In this document: piece after piece, positions 61,701 to 64,000 of the stretch
Position numbering within the stretch: the stretch's first letter is position 1
How the letters are laid out: each line of letters opens with the position of its first letter
From: Fistulifera solaris
Lineage: Eukaryota
Assembly (NCBI GenBank): GCA_030295235.1
Contig: AP026151.1
Coordinates: 558,001-622,000, forward strand
Length of the DNA: 64,000 bases
Reading direction: 5' to 3'
Translations under genes and position numbers: made by a program
The notes under the pieces: model-generated
Seen by the model: only the letters and a program-made list of their open reading frames with translations
Told to the model about the DNA's origin: nothing
Databases searched by the model: none

Positions 61701-63376
61701 TATCCGGATTCGATCCCAAAAAGAGACAGCTGTCACTTTCACCATTAAAAATACATGGACCGTCGATGACGTTGGAAGTCTGGATGACATTTATGCTGTA
61801 TTCGAAGGGACTGATAACGCCATGGTGTGCTCTCAGAATTCAGCTATTGTCGACTCCACGCAAGAGCTTACTGCTGTGTCGTCCGACGGCGTAGCCGACG
61901 TCATATTATTTATCACCGATGCGTCTTTTCGAGGGGGCACCAAAGCTCATCAATACTATCCCGTCCTTGTGTGAGAACTCGAATGATGAGGACACGGTTA
62001 TGTTTGCGTTTCGAATTCCGTGTGACCCAGATGACGAGTCGTTTTGCGACGAACATTTCCTTTCCTCTGAAACTGAAGCACTAGAGATAGCCAGCGCGTC
62101 TTCGGTCTCTTGCCAACAAGAGGCTCGCTTGGATAGTGATTCCATCGACAAGGGCAAGCCTGGCATGTATGAATCGAATCCTATCGTGATTGCTGATCAG
62201 CAGCCAACAAGCGTCTCTTTCAAGGTGAAGCAATCTTGGAGCACACCCGATGGAACTTTGGGTGCAATGAGCGTATACTACGAGAGTGCCGAAGATGAAT
62301 CGATGGTTTGTGATGAAATCACAAACATCCATCAAGAAAGTTCACTGTATGCTGCAAAATGCGTGGATGGCATTGCGGAGATTGCTATCTTCGTTCGTGA
62401 CGGTTCCTTTCAAGGGCTTATGGATGTGTCGACCACGATTCCACAAATGTGTTCGAAGGCTCGTGAATCTCCTTTTGGAAAACTCGCCGTATTCTTCTTT
62501 ACTATTCCGTGTGATCCTTCCGACGAAAGCTTCTGTATCAGCACCGGAGTCGACAGCAGTGAACCTCTCAGCCGGCAAATGCGCGACGATAAAGAAGACC
62601 ACATTGTCATTACATCCAATGAAATCATGTGTGGAACGATCCACGAGGAAACCTTTGAATCACCCGGTGATGCCTTGTCGTGGAAAAATGGAATCGAGTC
62701 GAGAAGCTGCAACGTTTGGCAATTTTCTGGGGCGGCTCGGCAGCGGCAATTCCGACGTTCAAAAAGTGTTTCGAATGCCCGTCGAAGCCAGCTCTGCTAC
62801 TATCCGATTCAAGCTATATGTGATCAACGGAGGATCCAACAAAGACACGCTGCAGTTCGGCATTCAGAATTCTTGGGTGAATCTCCGTTGACTTCCAACG
62901 AAACAAGATATCATCAAGATGAAAGCATTACACTTCGGGGAACGCGCGTACGACAAAGTCAGCTTCAGCAGTACTTTTCATCATGATTCGACGTATGACA
63001 TTGAAATCGTCGTTCCCAGACGATGGTGGGTGAATCACAAGAAAATTCTGTCCTTTGGATTCCGGTGCTTACAACGAATGACATTCACGTGGACGGTTAC
63101 GGAATTGATGACTTTACCATTGAAGTGGATTGCGGAACCCAACGCCGAGCGAAAAGTCTTTCGCATGAACCAAGCAAAGAAAGTGACAATTTTTATTATT
63201 GTCAGTCAGCGGATTACCCGTGCGGCCAAGACATGGTGAATGTTTGTCACTATTCCTCGCGACAGGGATATCAAACATTTTGCATCCCGGAACAGGATTC
63301 GGAAGTCCTTCGGTTTTACCGCAATGATTACTGCGGACCGTGCGTGAACTACTTTCGCGGAGACCCTCTTCATTAA
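55774..63376 (+). CDS. Secreted mucin-like protein, paralogue 2 (~2500 aa); probable intron 60706-60773; many frameshifts
   Basis: MKLYQASIS...NRNKKKGRLDCDWDHPEKVKHCPP and the same Cys-domain order and C-terminus as paralogue 1; GTAAG...CAG intron restores the frame. Confidence 0.85.
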
Positions 63377-64000
63377 CTGATATCATAAAAAATAAACGTA
63401 AAAGAATGCACTTCCTCATCAATCATGATTGCAATAATGGGCTTCATCGCGTTTGTCGACTTTTTGATTTTGACGCCGTCGTCGCAATGCGTCGTTGTTC
63501 ACAATAATGAGGTCTTGGTTTGCATATAAAGAAGTCAGTACCGGTCAGATTCGTAAATACACTCTTTAGCTCAAACCGTCCGTCAGTCGTTCGCAGTGAT
63601 GTTGGTGTCTCAAAAAAAAACTGACGTCGTTCGAGATTCAACCTGTCATCGCAACACGGAAGTTGTGGTGGGAGATTCACTCATTCCTTCGTCCCTTGGA
63701 TGAAAGGATAGATAGACTTTTCATTCCTTCTTATTATCATGGAGCTTCCGGCTGCTTTAACCTCGGTCCTCGACCAAGGACTCGAGTCGATCTATGGTCT
63801 TCGAGAAGTGTTCGAGCCGACCGTCGTCCTCGGTAAGACATTTCATTTGAGGAAGGCTCATTCTTTCGGCAGTTCGTTCTCACTCTCTCTCTCTCTCTAC
63901 AGTCCCTTCGTTTGTCACAACACACGTGCAAAACCTCGCCGACAGTATCGGATTCGATGTCGAAACACTCAATTACACACTCGGACTCTTCCTTTGCTAT

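Noticed and set aside
12665..63376. Functional cluster linking the nucleotide-sugar transporter with the mucin-like genes
   Set aside because: They are ~28 kb apart with unrelated genes between; no evidence of co-regulation.
63350..63376. Terminal GDPLH as a diatom GDPH adhesive domain
   Set aside because: Not GDPH, located at the stop codon, and absent from paralogue 1.
63400..64000. Possible gene and (CT)n tract at the window end
   Set aside because: Only short motif-less ORFs and a simple microsatellite (~63880-63898).

Overview
Eukaryotic nuclear DNA, most likely from a pennate diatom. This is inferred from short GT-AG introns, a nuclear plastid atpC, bipartite plastid presequences of the ASAF type, a CoDi-like copia element and diatom-type Pro/Ser/Thr secreted proteins. 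1-15 kb and 30.6-40 kb hold compact housekeeping genes: atpC, two histidine phosphatases, a dienelactone hydrolase, a SAC3/THP3-like protein, a plastid bestrophin-like channel, transportin, a nucleotide-sugar transporter, an SDR, DMT and MFS transporters, an HA-domain protein and a mitotic cyclin. 15.9-30.4 kb is a three-copy tandem array of a two-gene cassette. Its two genes are distant paralogues sharing an RVxF-like motif, an LVHPAH motif and upstream sequence. Copy 1 is interrupted by a recent 6.35 kb Ty1/copia element with a 5-bp TSD, non-TG..CA LTR ends, a half-tRNA(iMet) primer site and no visible integrase HHCC. 42-63 kb carries two tandem, very large secreted mucin-like paralogues. 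Many genes have single-base frameshifts, often in homopolymers and including essential atpC, so these are treated as probable assembly errors. The most interesting leads are the A/B cassette, the atypical copia element, the bestrophin (CCRE-like cluster upstream, Tyr-rich tail) and the giant modular secreted proteins. All family assignments come from recognised motifs; no database search was run.
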